A DNA stretch of 64,000 nt from Desulfosudaceae bacterium (GCA_963674745.2 CAXXDV010000002.1:32001-96000); one strand, 5' to 3'; numbered from the stretch's first letter, positions 51,586-61,317 are shown. Notes: generated by a model from the letters alone, not told the origin. Made by a program: numbers and translations.

Positions 51586-53295
51586 TTAACTGTCCATTGT
51601 TACCCTGAAGACCTCTTCGATGGTGGTCTCTCCCGCGGCCAGCTTAGAAAGTGCCGCCTCCCGTAGTGTCACCATGCCATCGGCAACGGCGGCTTCCTTG
51701 ATCACCCCGGCCGGTTCGTTGCGCAGGATCAGGTCGATAATGCGCTCGCTGATCTGCATCAATTCATAAACACCCAGCCGGCCGTTATATCCGGTGCCGG
51801 CACAGTCTTCACAGCCTACCGGCATATAAAAGTCGGCTTTCACTTTATCCAGGCCCATGGCTTTTAAGATATCCATGTCCGGCATGTAAGGCTGCCGGCA
51901 TTTTTCACACAACCGCCGCATCAGGCGCTGGGCGATAACCGTCATCTGCGAAGAGGCCACCAGGTAAGGCGGAATCCCCATGTTGACCAGGCGGCTGACG
52001 GTGGCGGGCGCGTCGTTGGTATGCAACGTGCTGAGCACCAGGTGGCCGGTCATGGCCGCTTTGAGCGCGATATCGGCTGTCTGCAGATCCCGGATTTCAC
52101 CGACCATAATGATGTCAGGATCCTGGCGCATGAAAGATCGAAGGGCCTCATCAAAGGTCAGCCCCACTTCAGAGTCGCAATTGACCTGGGTGATGCCGTC
52201 CATATTGTATTCAACCGGATCTTCGGCCGTGACGATGTTCACATGTTCGGTATTCAAGGCGTTCAGAACCGCGTACAGGGTGGTAGACTTGCCGCTTCCC
52301 GTGGGGCCGGTGACCAGGATCAGGCCGGTAGGGTTTTCTATGGCTTTTTCCAGAAGCCCGGCCTCTCTGTCTTCCATGCCCAGGTCCTTGAGGGTCAACT
52401 GTTTTTTATCTCTTTCCAGAATACGCATGACAATGGTTTCACCATACAATGACGGCAGGCTGGAAACGCGAATGTCCACTGCGCGGTTTTTGATCAGGCC
52501 GAAGCGGATGCTGCCGTCCTGGGGCATATCGGCTTTGGCGGTCTCCATTCCGGCCAGCATTTTCAGCCGGGTCGATATACCTTCTTTAAAAATTGAGGGC
52601 AGATTCCAGGCGGTCTGCATGACCCCGTCCTTGCGGTAACGGATTCGAAAATTGTTTTCTCCGGGTTCCATGTGCAGGTCGCTGGCGCCGTTTTTTACCA
52701 GCATGTTGAGCACTAACTGAAACAGGCGGATAAGATGGGCGTCGTTGACCATGTCCATCTTTTCGGCCCGGTTGGTAATCAGGCGGTTGGCTGATTGAAG
52801 TGCCTTTTCAATCAGGGTGTCCGGTTTCTCATCCCAGGGGACAGGAATATCCATTCGTCCGTCGTAGTATTGATCAATGGCGGCCCGAATGGCCGGGCCG
52901 TTGCAGCAATAAGGTTTGATGCGCGAGCCGGTCACGGCCGAAATCCGGTCGATGCATTGCCGGTCCTGGGGCATGGCCATGACCAGGTGGATATAATCCT
53001 TTTCGTGTTTGATCGGAAAAACCGTTTCTTCGCGGGCGATCACACCGGGAAGCAGAAGGGTGATATGATCGAGAAATTTTCCTTCAAAGGAAACGAATGA
53101 AGGATCAAGCGCCTGGGCGCCGGTGACTTCCTCGAGTACGGTGTTGGCCAGGGCTGCGTCAATAACGCCGGTCTCAAGCAGGTGGTCGGAAATCAGCGTC
53201 GTCTCCAGATCCGGAACCGCACCGATCTTGATGCCCCTGGTTTGAAAGGACTTGAACAGCTTTTTGTTGAACGCGACAAAGGTTTCGTTTTTCAA
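51586..53295 (-). CDS. PilB/GspE-family secretion ATPase
   Basis: ASDLHMEP, RYRKDG, PQDG, GPTGSGKSTT, EDPVE, RQDPDIIMVGEIRD, TGHLVLSTLHTND, Zn motif CEKC...CEDC. Confidence 0.92.
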   Translation of the reverse strand: MKNETFVAFNKKLFKSFQTRGIKIGAVPDLETTLISDHLLETGVIDAALANTVLEEVTGAQALDPSFVSFEGKFLDHITLLLPGVIAREETVFPIKHEKDYIHLVMAMPQDRQCIDRISAVTGSRIKPYCCNGPAIRAAIDQYYDGRMDIPVPWDEKPDTLIEKALQSANRLITNRAEKMDMVNDAHLIRLFQLVLNMLVKNGASDLHMEPGENNFRIRYRKDGVMQTAWNLPSIFKEGISTRLKMLAGMETAKADMPQDGSIRFGLIKNRAVDIRVSSLPSLYGETIVMRILERDKKQLTLKDLGMEDREAGLLEKAIENPTGLILVTGPTGSGKSTTLYAVLNALNTEHVNIVTAEDPVEYNMDGITQVNCDSEVGLTFDEALRSFMRQDPDIIMVGEIRDLQTADIALKAAMTGHLVLSTLHTNDAPATVSRLVNMGIPPYLVASSQMTVIAQRLMRRLCEKCRQPYMPDMDILKAMGLDKVKADFYMPVGCEDCAGTGYNGRLGVYELMQISERIIDLILRNEPAGVIKEAAVADGMVTLREAALSKLAAGETTIEEVFRVTMDS

Positions 53296-53311
53296 CGGTT
53301 GTATATCCCGG

Positions 53312-54532
53312 TTATATTTCTACTTTGACCATTTTTAACATTAAAAACAACCCGACCGACTCCATCAGAAAGATCAGGATGATAAGCATCCAGCCCAGCG
53401 GCGTCGTGTACATCAAGCTGAAAACATCGTGGTTCAGAAAATTTAAAATCAGTCCCAGAAAAATGGGCAGGGCGGCCAGAATCCAGGCCTGTGTTTCCCC
53501 TTCGGCGGTCATGGTTTTAATCTTTTGCTGGATCCGTTTTCTCTCCTGGATGGTCGTGGCCAGATTGTCGAACCGTTCCGGGAGATTCCCGCCGGATTCG
53601 AGAAGGATAAGGGTGGCGTTGACCATAATTTTGGTGTCATTGCCGGGTATCCGTTCGGCCAGATGGAGCAGGGCGTCTCCCAGGCTGGATCCGAGTCGAT
53701 GTTCGTTAAGCACGATTTCAAATTCTTCGCTCAAGGGGGGTGCTGCTTCCATGACCACCATTTCAATGGACTGGACCAGGCTGAGACCGGCTCGCAGGCC
53801 GTTGGCAATCATGGCCAGCCCGTCGGCCAGTTGCTCATCGAATTTTTTCCTGCGGCGCATTCTCAGCCAGGCGATACTGGCCCGGGGAAACAGGTAAGCC
53901 CCCAGAGCAAACAGCACGGCCAGAAAAAGCCGCGTGCCCAGCTGGTCGGTCAGGCCGCCCGAAAGGTTATACAACTTGTCGTCGGTCACAATAAAGCTCT
54001 CGGATTCCCTGGCCCTGACCTCGGAAAAAGACGCTTCCGAAAATTTATCCATGGCCATGTAAAGTGCCGCCAGGTTCTGGTGGGCCTTTCCATAATAAGG
54101 CAGGAGCCGGACTGCCTCCAGGAAAGCCTTTTCGGACCGGGTAAAATTATTGAGACCGAAATAAGCCACGCCCAGTTCGTTTTGGACCAGAGGAGATTCC
54201 AGAGACTTTAACGGTTCAAGCCGCAGGATGGCCTCGGCGTAATTTTCCTGGCGGTTATCTTTTAAGGCCCGCTGGATAGAGAGCAGGTTGTCGATCTTCG
54301 AGACACCACCGGGAATAAAAAAACCCAGAAGCGCACCGCCGACGGTTAAAATGATAATCGCTCTGGTGATCTGTCCGGCTGAAACATTAATAAACATATC
54401 GGCCAGTGCGGCTTCAATTTTTTGTGCGTAACCGACAGATCCATCCGCCGATGTTAACCGGGTACGCAGGACAAGGTATGCGGCGGCCCACAATAGAACA
54501 AAAACCATCAATAGAATTAAAATCGTGTCCAT
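53312..54532 (-). CDS. tadB: TadB with an inserted TPR domain
   Basis: FDEQLADGLAMIANGLRAGLSL, ESGGNL, KTMTAEG; TPR (NELGVAYF...AHQNLAALY) between TM helices. Confidence 0.85.
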   Translation of the reverse strand: MDTILILLMVFVLLWAAAYLVLRTRLTSADGSVGYAQKIEAALADMFINVSAGQITRAIIILTVGGALLGFFIPGGVSKIDNLLSIQRALKDNRQENYAEAILRLEPLKSLESPLVQNELGVAYFGLNNFTRSEKAFLEAVRLLPYYGKAHQNLAALYMAMDKFSEASFSEVRARESESFIVTDDKLYNLSGGLTDQLGTRLFLAVLFALGAYLFPRASIAWLRMRRRKKFDEQLADGLAMIANGLRAGLSLVQSIEMVVMEAAPPLSEEFEIVLNEHRLGSSLGDALLHLAERIPGNDTKIMVNATLILLESGGNLPERFDNLATTIQERKRIQQKIKTMTAEGETQAWILAALPIFLGLILNFLNHDVFSLMYTTPLGWMLIILIFLMESVGLFLMLKMVKVEI

Positions 54533-54609
54533 ATGCCGTTATTGTCTTTTTATTTTGGTTCTGTTTTTGTTGACGGCCCGGGTGTCCTATGGTTCTGGCC
54601 CGGCCCGGT

Positions 54610-56676
54610 TCAGTTACTGGTCCAGAAGACTTCTCTGGGAATATTAATGCCTCTTTCCTGGAAACGTTCAATGCAGTGCGGAACATAACCGGTTGAAGAG
54701 AATTCTCCGGTCACTTTTCCGTTTTCTTCACCGGTCTGGCGATAAACAAAAATGTCGCCCAGGGTAATGACGTCACCCTGGATGCCGTCGATCTCCGCGA
54801 TCTGGACGACCTTTCGCGTACCGTCCTTGAACCGGCGGATCTGAACAATCAGGTCAATGGCACCCACGATCTGTTCTTTGATGGCCTTGACGGGAAGTTC
54901 GAACCCGGCATAGAGCACCAGCGTCTCCAGCCGGGAAATGGCTTCGCGGCAGGAGTTTGAATGTATCGTGGTCAGGGACCCGTCGTGGCCGGTGTTCATG
55001 GCCTGGAGCATATCCAGGGCTTCGGCCCCGCGGCATTCACCGACAACGATCCTGTCCGGTCTCATGCGCAGGCTGTTCCTGACCAGATCCCGGATGACGA
55101 CCTCACCTTTCCCTTCGATATTCGGCGGGCGGCTTTCCAGGGTGACCACATGGGGCTGCCGCAGTCTTAATTCGGCGGCGTCCTCGATGGTAACGATCCG
55201 GTCGCTTTCAGGGATAAAACTGGACATGATATTCAGCAGCGTTGTTTTACCCGAGCCGGTGCCGCCCGAGATGAGAATATTGAGGTTGGTCCGGACCGCG
55301 GCTTTTAAAAATTCCACAACCTGCGAGTTGATCGTTCCCAGGGCCAGAAGTTCCGGTATGCCGATCTGTTCTTCGGGAAATTTCCGGATGGTCAGGCAGG
55401 CCCCTCTGACCGCCAGTGGCGGGATAATTGCGTTTACCCTTGACCCGTCCTTCAGCCGGGCATCCACCATGGGCGTGCTGGTATCGATTTTTCGACCCAG
55501 CGGGGCCGTAATGCGGGCGATGATGTTGATCAGGTGCTGTTCGGAGAAGAACTTTTTGTCGATCCGGACCAGGCGCCCCTTTTTTTCCACATAAATATCA
55601 TTCCAGGCGTTGACCATGATTTCAGAAACATCCGGGTCAGCCAGAAGATCTTCAATCACGCCCAGCCCCAGGGCTTCCTGTAAAACGTCCTTGACCAGGT
55701 GTTTGCGTATTTCCCTGTCCCGGATACGGGATTCGCTGTCCAGAATCTCGGAAATCTTTTGTGAGACAAAGGCCTTGAGCTCTTCGGCTTTTTCCTGGTC
55801 CTGATCAATCTCGGTATCCAGTTTTTTAAAATCAATGGATTCAAGCAGCTTTTCGTGAACGGCGCGCTTGAGCTCATCCAGGTTGACTTCCGGTTTTTCA
55901 TCCTGGATCGGGCCGCCTGTTTTTTTCGGTGACTGGCTCCGGGTATCGCGGACCAGCATGTAGGTAAGATTGTCAAAGGCCTTGGTAACCGGATGCTTGG
56001 GGAGTTTTTCCGGGTATGTCCCCTGGGCCAGGTTGGCGGCGGCTTCAGGGTCCTGCGGAATGAGAACTTCCGGTGCTTTGCCGGTCAGGCCGGTCAGAAA
56101 GTCGATGGCCGGCGAACTGGTTTTATCGACCCGGTTGACGATGACTCTGATCAGTTCCCGGGGAAAGTTTTTTCGCTGTAAAAGCTTGAGGTCGTTCTGC
56201 GTTTGCCTGAGCGATAACGTTTCCGGGGTGGCGGGAATCAAAATCATGCTGGACCGGTCGAGAATGGTTTCGATAACAGTGTCCAGCCGGCCGCCCACGT
56301 CGACAATGATGTAGTTATAGATTGACTGCAGGCAGGCCATTATGTTTGAAATCCGGTCGGCGTTAAACATATCTTCCGGCAGCGGCCTGATACCGTCAGT
56401 CAGGTTGAGAACGGAAATACCGGAACCATGAACGGTGGCGAAGCCCTTGAGCATGTTGGCCGAGAGTTTGTCGCCCATGGACAGCAGGTTTTCAATGCGC
56501 TTGATCTCTTTTAAGTTCAAAAGGAAACCGATATCACTGGAAACCGGCCGGGAAAAGTCGATCAGCAGGACTTTTTCCTTGGTGTCCAGGAGCAGGTCTA
56601 CCGCCAGGTTGGCGGCGATAAAGCTTTTCCCGACGCCCCCTTTGGAGCTGTATATGGAGATAATATGTCCGTTCAT
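54610..56676 (-). CDS. tadA: Fused CpaE/TadZ (ParA/MinD-like) - CpaF/TadA ATPase
   Basis: N-terminal SKGGVGKS; C-terminal GGTGSGKTT, TIEDAAEL, LRMRPDRIVVGECRG, MNTGHDGS. Confidence 0.92.
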   Translation of the reverse strand: MNGHIISIYSSKGGVGKSFIAANLAVDLLLDTKEKVLLIDFSRPVSSDIGFLLNLKEIKRIENLLSMGDKLSANMLKGFATVHGSGISVLNLTDGIRPLPEDMFNADRISNIMACLQSIYNYIIVDVGGRLDTVIETILDRSSMILIPATPETLSLRQTQNDLKLLQRKNFPRELIRVIVNRVDKTSSPAIDFLTGLTGKAPEVLIPQDPEAAANLAQGTYPEKLPKHPVTKAFDNLTYMLVRDTRSQSPKKTGGPIQDEKPEVNLDELKRAVHEKLLESIDFKKLDTEIDQDQEKAEELKAFVSQKISEILDSESRIRDREIRKHLVKDVLQEALGLGVIEDLLADPDVSEIMVNAWNDIYVEKKGRLVRIDKKFFSEQHLINIIARITAPLGRKIDTSTPMVDARLKDGSRVNAIIPPLAVRGACLTIRKFPEEQIGIPELLALGTINSQVVEFLKAAVRTNLNILISGGTGSGKTTLLNIMSSFIPESDRIVTIEDAAELRLRQPHVVTLESRPPNIEGKGEVVIRDLVRNSLRMRPDRIVVGECRGAEALDMLQAMNTGHDGSLTTIHSNSCREAISRLETLVLYAGFELPVKAIKEQIVGAIDLIVQIRRFKDGTRKVVQIAEIDGIQGDVITLGDIFVYRQTGEENGKVTGEFSSTGYVPHCIERFQERGINIPREVFWTSN

Positions 56677-56681
56677 ATTAA

Positions 56682-58142
56682 TTATCTGGCCTGATCGCGC
56701 AGTTTTTCCAGTTCCTGTTCCTTAAAACCCTGTTCAACTGATTTTTTCATTTCCGTTGAGCCGACCGCTTCGGTGGAAAGAATCCGGGGAGTGACAAAAA
56801 TGACGACTTCCCGGCTGTCGGTACCTTTTCTGGTGGCTTTATTGGCCTGGAACAGGGCCGAACCACCGCCCGGTGCGGACCCGGAGAGCGCTTCCACGTC
56901 CCTTTGGCCCATCATACCACCCAGGGCGATACTTTGACCGCTGGCGACACTCAGCACCGTATTCAGGTTGGTGGTGCTGATGGTCGGCGCGCCGCCCGGC
57001 CCCTGACCGGTAATACTGCTTGATTCGACGCTGATGCTACTGACGATATTTTTGTAAGCGTCAATGATTGGTTTGAAATCCAGTGTCACGCCGATTTTTT
57101 TATATTCCACGGACATGGTTCCGCCGTCCTGGGCAATCGGGATGGGGACTTCCGAACCGGCGAAAAGATGGGCTGAATCACCGCTTTTCGTCAGCAGGGT
57201 CTGTTGCATCAAAGAACGGCCACGGCCGGTTTCATTGATTTTTCTCATTTTGGGCAACAGATTGGACAGGGTGCCGGTCAGTGAACCCGCCAGGGTCGGG
57301 CCTTGTCCTTTGGCTCCGGAATAGGCGCCGGTACCGCCGACAGAGCCGCCCGGGTTCCAGTGCACGCCGAAATCCCGCAGGGCATTTCGTTCTATTTCCA
57401 TAATGTTGACCGACATTTCAATCAGCACCGGTTTCTCCGGTTGGGGAAAATCCTTTCCGGAAACGGGTGTACGGATGGCAATGGCATTGACGATGTCCGG
57501 AGAGTAGGCCTGGGCGATCTGCTGCGCCCGCTTGGACTCTTCTTCGCTTCTCACATGACCGGTCAGCATGAATTTGTTCTGGGTCACCGCGACATTGACG
57601 TTTTTCATGCCCTGTGACGCCAGGGCTTTGTCAATTTCTTTTTTGACAATTTCCTTCATGACCGGGCTGAGCTCGACCAGGTTGACCACATCGGGCTGGC
57701 CTTCAATGACGGTTTGGATTTTTTTCATATCGTTGTGGGAGAACACTTCCCCCTCAACAAAGACCCGGTTGCCGGTTACCCGGACACGGACACCCTCGAT
57801 ATGTTTAATGACCTCCCGGATTTCACCGGCCATGGTCTCCAGCTTCCGGTTTCGGACAATAACCTGGAATTCAGCCTGTTGGTCCGTTCCCCAGACAAAG
57901 ATGTTGGTCTGACCGGCGCCTTTGGCGTTGAGCAGCATTTCCTGGTCCCTGACTTTGACGCACCCCAGGATTTCCGGATCGCCGACGGCGATTTTTTCAA
58001 TATCGAAATCAGATTTCAATATCCGGCTTTGTCCTGCGTCCATTTCTATTGTTTCTGTTGTTTGCGCCAAAAGCAGGGGCTGATTGGTCAGCAGGCATAA
58101 GCAAAATAACAGGCAGCCGATTTTAATTACAGGCCGTATCAT
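56682..58142 (-). CDS. rcpA: RcpA/CpaC Tad secretin with BON-like domains
   Basis: Signal, IAVGDPEI...GAGQTNIFVW, AGSEVPIP, EYKKIGVTLDFKP, VIFVTPRI. Confidence 0.85.
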   Translation of the reverse strand: MIRPVIKIGCLLFCLCLLTNQPLLLAQTTETIEMDAGQSRILKSDFDIEKIAVGDPEILGCVKVRDQEMLLNAKGAGQTNIFVWGTDQQAEFQVIVRNRKLETMAGEIREVIKHIEGVRVRVTGNRVFVEGEVFSHNDMKKIQTVIEGQPDVVNLVELSPVMKEIVKKEIDKALASQGMKNVNVAVTQNKFMLTGHVRSEEESKRAQQIAQAYSPDIVNAIAIRTPVSGKDFPQPEKPVLIEMSVNIMEIERNALRDFGVHWNPGGSVGGTGAYSGAKGQGPTLAGSLTGTLSNLLPKMRKINETGRGRSLMQQTLLTKSGDSAHLFAGSEVPIPIAQDGGTMSVEYKKIGVTLDFKPIIDAYKNIVSSISVESSSITGQGPGGAPTISTTNLNTVLSVASGQSIALGGMMGQRDVEALSGSAPGGGSALFQANKATRKGTDSREVVIFVTPRILSTEAVGSTEMKKSVEQGFKEQELEKLRDQAR

Positions 58143-58172
58143 GGGTACTCCTCCTGTTTAGGTTGTGCATGA

Positions 58173-59033
58173 TTAATATCGTGAAATGGCTTCCGCCCCT
58201 CTGATTTCAACCCAGGCCGGGTTGGACCTGGGAATGATACTTTTCTTTATGCCCAGAAATTCCTGCGCCGAAAGCGGGGGCAGGTTGACGATATTTCCGT
58301 CATCAAAACTGGACCTGAGGCAGGCCGAGATGGTGCCGATTTCCTGTGACAGATTCAATATCTGTACCTGACGCGGTTCAAGCGCCAGGGTCAATGTTTT
58401 TATCCGGTCTTTCTTGCTGCCGCCCTGGCGGGCGCCGGAAAGAAGGCTGCCTGCCGCCTGCTGATCGACATTGGCCACGTCGCCGGAGCGACGTGAGCTT
58501 GAGGTCTGGTTGACGGCCAGAACCAGGATGTTTTCCAGAACGGTTCGGGTGATGATTTCCTCGCTGACACCCATCCCGTCCTTAAAGGAACCGGCTTCCA
58601 CCGTTACCATCAGGTCAACCATATCGCCTGGCTGAACCAGCTCCCCGACGGCGGTAACATCGGTTACAAAAATACTGAAGGCCCGTTTCCCGGCCGGTAT
58701 TTTGGCGGCGATACCGCCCATATCAGCCACGGCAAACATGGACTCTATGATCTGCGTTCCTTTGAGTACCGGTACATTAATATTCCGGTTGACGATGTGC
58801 TGACTGTCGGCAAAGGAGCCGGGCTGGGCATATTTCACGGGGACCTGAATCTGTTCGATCATATTCGGCTCAATGCGTTGCCCTTCGGGAATGTCCCTGG
58901 CCGCGACCAGCACCGTAACCGGCGAGGCCATCTCCAGCAGCTTTTTCTCTTTGGAACTGATATAAGAAAAAAGCAGGATTATCGCGAATAAGGATATGGC
59001 CAGTGAAATCAATAAAGCTCTCGTGTTCGTCAT
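58173..59033 (-). CDS. cpaB: Flp pilus assembly protein CpaB/RcpC
   Basis: SAF domain VLVAARDIPEG, GKRAFSI, VQPGDMVD, LENILVLAV. Confidence 0.92.
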   Translation of the reverse strand: MTNTRALLISLAISLFAIILLFSYISSKEKKLLEMASPVTVLVAARDIPEGQRIEPNMIEQIQVPVKYAQPGSFADSQHIVNRNINVPVLKGTQIIESMFAVADMGGIAAKIPAGKRAFSIFVTDVTAVGELVQPGDMVDLMVTVEAGSFKDGMGVSEEIITRTVLENILVLAVNQTSSSRRSGDVANVDQQAAGSLLSGARQGGSKKDRIKTLTLALEPRQVQILNLSQEIGTISACLRSSFDDGNIVNLPPLSAQEFLGIKKSIIPRSNPAWVEIRGAEAISRY

Positions 59034-59048
59034 GTCATCACCCTGATT

Positions 59049-59444
59049 CTATAGTTCAATTTTTCTGTATGGTTCTTTTTTTACGTAAAGGCTCTTTCCT
59101 TTGCCCGTATAGGCGCCTTCATAAAATTCGATCCGATGTTGCGCTTCGAGGAACGGCGTCTGGAATATCCGTTTCATTATACCCGGAAGTTCCACCTGGA
59201 CGTTTTTGTCCTTGATGTTTTTTTTGAATGGGCCGTGTGCGTTTTGATACATGGACACCCGCATTTTGTGACGCACCATTTCAGCGGCGGATACATTTTC
59301 AGACAAATACATGGAAATGAATATCATTCCCAGCAGTACCATGCTCAGCAGAAACATCGCCATCAACGACAGCTCGACAATGGCCTGTCCGCTCTGGTTT
59401 CTCAACGGCGATTGTTTTGTCATTAAACGCATATGGTTTTTCAT
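59049..59444 (-). CDS. TadE-like minor pilin
   Basis: Prepilin motif NQSG^QAIVEL followed by a hydrophobic helix; start uncertain (59444, 59432 or 59423). Confidence 0.75.
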   Translation of the reverse strand: MKNHMRLMTKQSPLRNQSGQAIVELSLMAMFLLSMVLLGMIFISMYLSENVSAAEMVRHKMRVSMYQNAHGPFKKNIKDKNVQVELPGIMKRIFQTPFLEAQHRIEFYEGAYTGKGKSLYVKKEPYRKIEL

Positions 59445-59451
59445 TTTAAGT

Positions 59452-60321
59452 TTATTTGAATAAAACGGCCGTGTAATCGGGGTTCCCTTTATACACATGT
59501 CCGCCGGCCGGTTTGGCTGCCGCCTTGGCACTTAAGGCCGGAAAACCGCCGAAAATTTGACCGGCCAGCAGATAATCACCGGCCGGCAAAAAAAGCTCAT
59601 AGTCCACATATGTAGGCGCTGTTTTGGCGACCCGTTCCGGCAGGACGAAAACACCTGGTACCGACGACATCCTGTAGGCAGGCAGGGCGTACTGGCCGTT
59701 TCGGTCGTCTGCGTACCTGGGGGTACCCGGTCTCTTCCAGCGCAATGTCGGTACCGGCGGGCTTTCTTCCGGGTCACTGGGCATGGTGTAGTAGTTAAAA
59801 CGAACGGTTTTCACGATCTCATTTAAATTTGTCAACGGTCCGGTTTTTTTTACCACCAGGCGGCTTTCGGGAAAGTTCTGATCTTTAACATACCGCGCCA
59901 CAACATCCGCCTGGCTGGCGTAATAGGTGTTGCCCTGATCCTGGTAACGCCGGATATAATCAATGACGCCGCTGCCGCCGTTATAAAAGAAGTCGCAGGC
60001 CTTCATGGCCTGACTGCGGTCGCGCCAGGTGCCGCTCTCCAGAATACGTGACAACGTATTGTACTCCCTGACCATTTCACTGTTTAAGTCGGCAATTTCA
60101 TTCAACCCGGCGGCCTGGACAGCGGCTGCTGAAAGGGCACAGGCGTCGACGGTGTTCTGCAGTTTGATTTTAGTGAAAATCAGCTGGTTGATATCGACGA
60201 TCAGCGCCACCATCAAAAGCATGACCGGCAGCAAAAGGGCGATCATCACCGTCATTGATCCTTGTTGAGATGGGGCGCAGAATTCTTTTATTGTTGTGAA
60301 ATCGGAAAGGGCCATGGCCAT
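59452..60321 (-). CDS. TadG-like pseudopilin
   Basis: QQG^SMTVMIALLLPVML...VD...KLQNTVDACALSAA. Confidence 0.8.
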   Translation of the reverse strand: MAMALSDFTTIKEFCAPSQQGSMTVMIALLLPVMLLMVALIVDINQLIFTKIKLQNTVDACALSAAAVQAAGLNEIADLNSEMVREYNTLSRILESGTWRDRSQAMKACDFFYNGGSGVIDYIRRYQDQGNTYYASQADVVARYVKDQNFPESRLVVKKTGPLTNLNEIVKTVRFNYYTMPSDPEESPPVPTLRWKRPGTPRYADDRNGQYALPAYRMSSVPGVFVLPERVAKTAPTYVDYELFLPAGDYLLAGQIFGGFPALSAKAAAKPAGGHVYKGNPDYTAVLFK

Positions 60322-60369
60322 GTTTACATGTTTACTGTTTAGATCAATACCATAAAATGCAAAAACCCG

Positions 60370-60765
60370 TCAGAAAGGATCCGGGTTGTCATCCCTGTAC
60401 GTTGGTTCTTTAAATATAGGTGAGGCGTGTTTGATTTTGAACCTGTCCTCTCCGCCTGTTAAAAAGTCGGCAACAATGTCCGGCATCGGGACGTCTCTAA
60501 CCAACTCAAGCGTTCCATTCAGGGTAATACCCGCTTGGGGCGCTATGCTCGAGGCTGTCTCAATGGCCGGACCGGCGCCCTCGACGGCATACGTCCTGGC
60601 ACCCGCGAACCCCGCGAAGGCGAGGCGCTGTTCGGCGATAAAGAAAACCACGAACTGCATGAAAATACCGAAAAAAACCAGAAGGCCGATCAGGGCAAAA
60701 GCAAACTCTACCGTTGCCGCGCCTTTGTTCTGCTTTAATATCGGTTGCCTGGAGTGATCTGAAAT
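60370..60765 (-). CDS. TadE-like minor pilin, probable non-canonical (ATT) start
   Basis: Frame continues upstream of ATG 60660 as ...QNKG^AATVEFAFALIGLLVFFGIFMQ; no in-frame ATG/GTG/TTG before the motif; AGGGGG precedes ATT ATT. Confidence 0.7.
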   Translation of the reverse strand: MSDHSRQPILKQNKGAATVEFAFALIGLLVFFGIFMQFVVFFIAEQRLAFAGFAGARTYAVEGAGPAIETASSIAPQAGITLNGTLELVRDVPMPDIVADFLTGGEDRFKIKHASPIFKEPTYRDDNPDPF

Positions 60766-60790
60766 AATTCCCCCTAAACGGCTGCAGTGT

Positions 60791-60824
60791 AAAAAAGCCC
60801 GGCCCAGCGGGCCAGGCTTTTTTT
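60791..60824. terminator. Bidirectional intrinsic terminator after the flp genes
   Basis: A6-GCCCGGCCC-AGC-GGGCCAGGC-T7. Confidence 0.8.
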
Positions 60825-60864
60825 CTATCCTGCAAAAGGAAATAATATGCCCTGGTTCCAGGCC

Positions 60865-61104
60865 TTAAATGCCGAAGATCTCACGCACTTTTGCAATGAT
60901 CGCCTTGAAAAACGCTTCCAGGGGTTCTCTCATAACAGCCGCCGCTGCGACGACCATGGTGACAATAACGGCAATAACCAGGGCATATTCGACCGCACCG
61001 GCGCCCCTCTGGTTTTTAATGGTCTGTTTGAGCTCATGTGTGAAATTTTCCTGCCGGAGGTATAATTTCATTATCCAGGTGTTGATTCTTTCAAGCATGA
61101 TCAT
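60865..61104 (-). CDS. flp: Flp family pilin
   Basis: NQRG^AGAVEYALVIAVI; AAGGAG RBS. Confidence 0.88.
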   Translation of the reverse strand: MIMLERINTWIMKLYLRQENFTHELKQTIKNQRGAGAVEYALVIAVIVTMVVAAAAVMREPLEAFFKAIIAKVREIFGI

Positions 61105-61113
61105 CTCCTTGTT

Positions 61114-61317
61114 TTAAGTGTTTGGAAAAGAAACAACATATTGTTTAAATTTGGCAATTATATCAATAGACATATCTTTGAACAGGGCAAAAACGCCAAG
61201 CATAAGGAATGCCGCAATCATCATACTCAGGGCATATTCCACTGCTATGGCACCACGCTCTTTAGGGCGCACCAGATACTGATGAATCCGGATGACGTGT
61301 TTTTTTAAACGGTTCAT
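61114..61317 (-). CDS. flp: Flp family pilin (second copy)
   Basis: KERG^AIAVEYALSMMIAA; start at ATG 61317 or TTG 61344. Confidence 0.8.
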   Translation of the reverse strand: MNRLKKHVIRIHQYLVRPKERGAIAVEYALSMMIAAFLMLGVFALFKDMSIDIIAKFKQYVVSFPNT

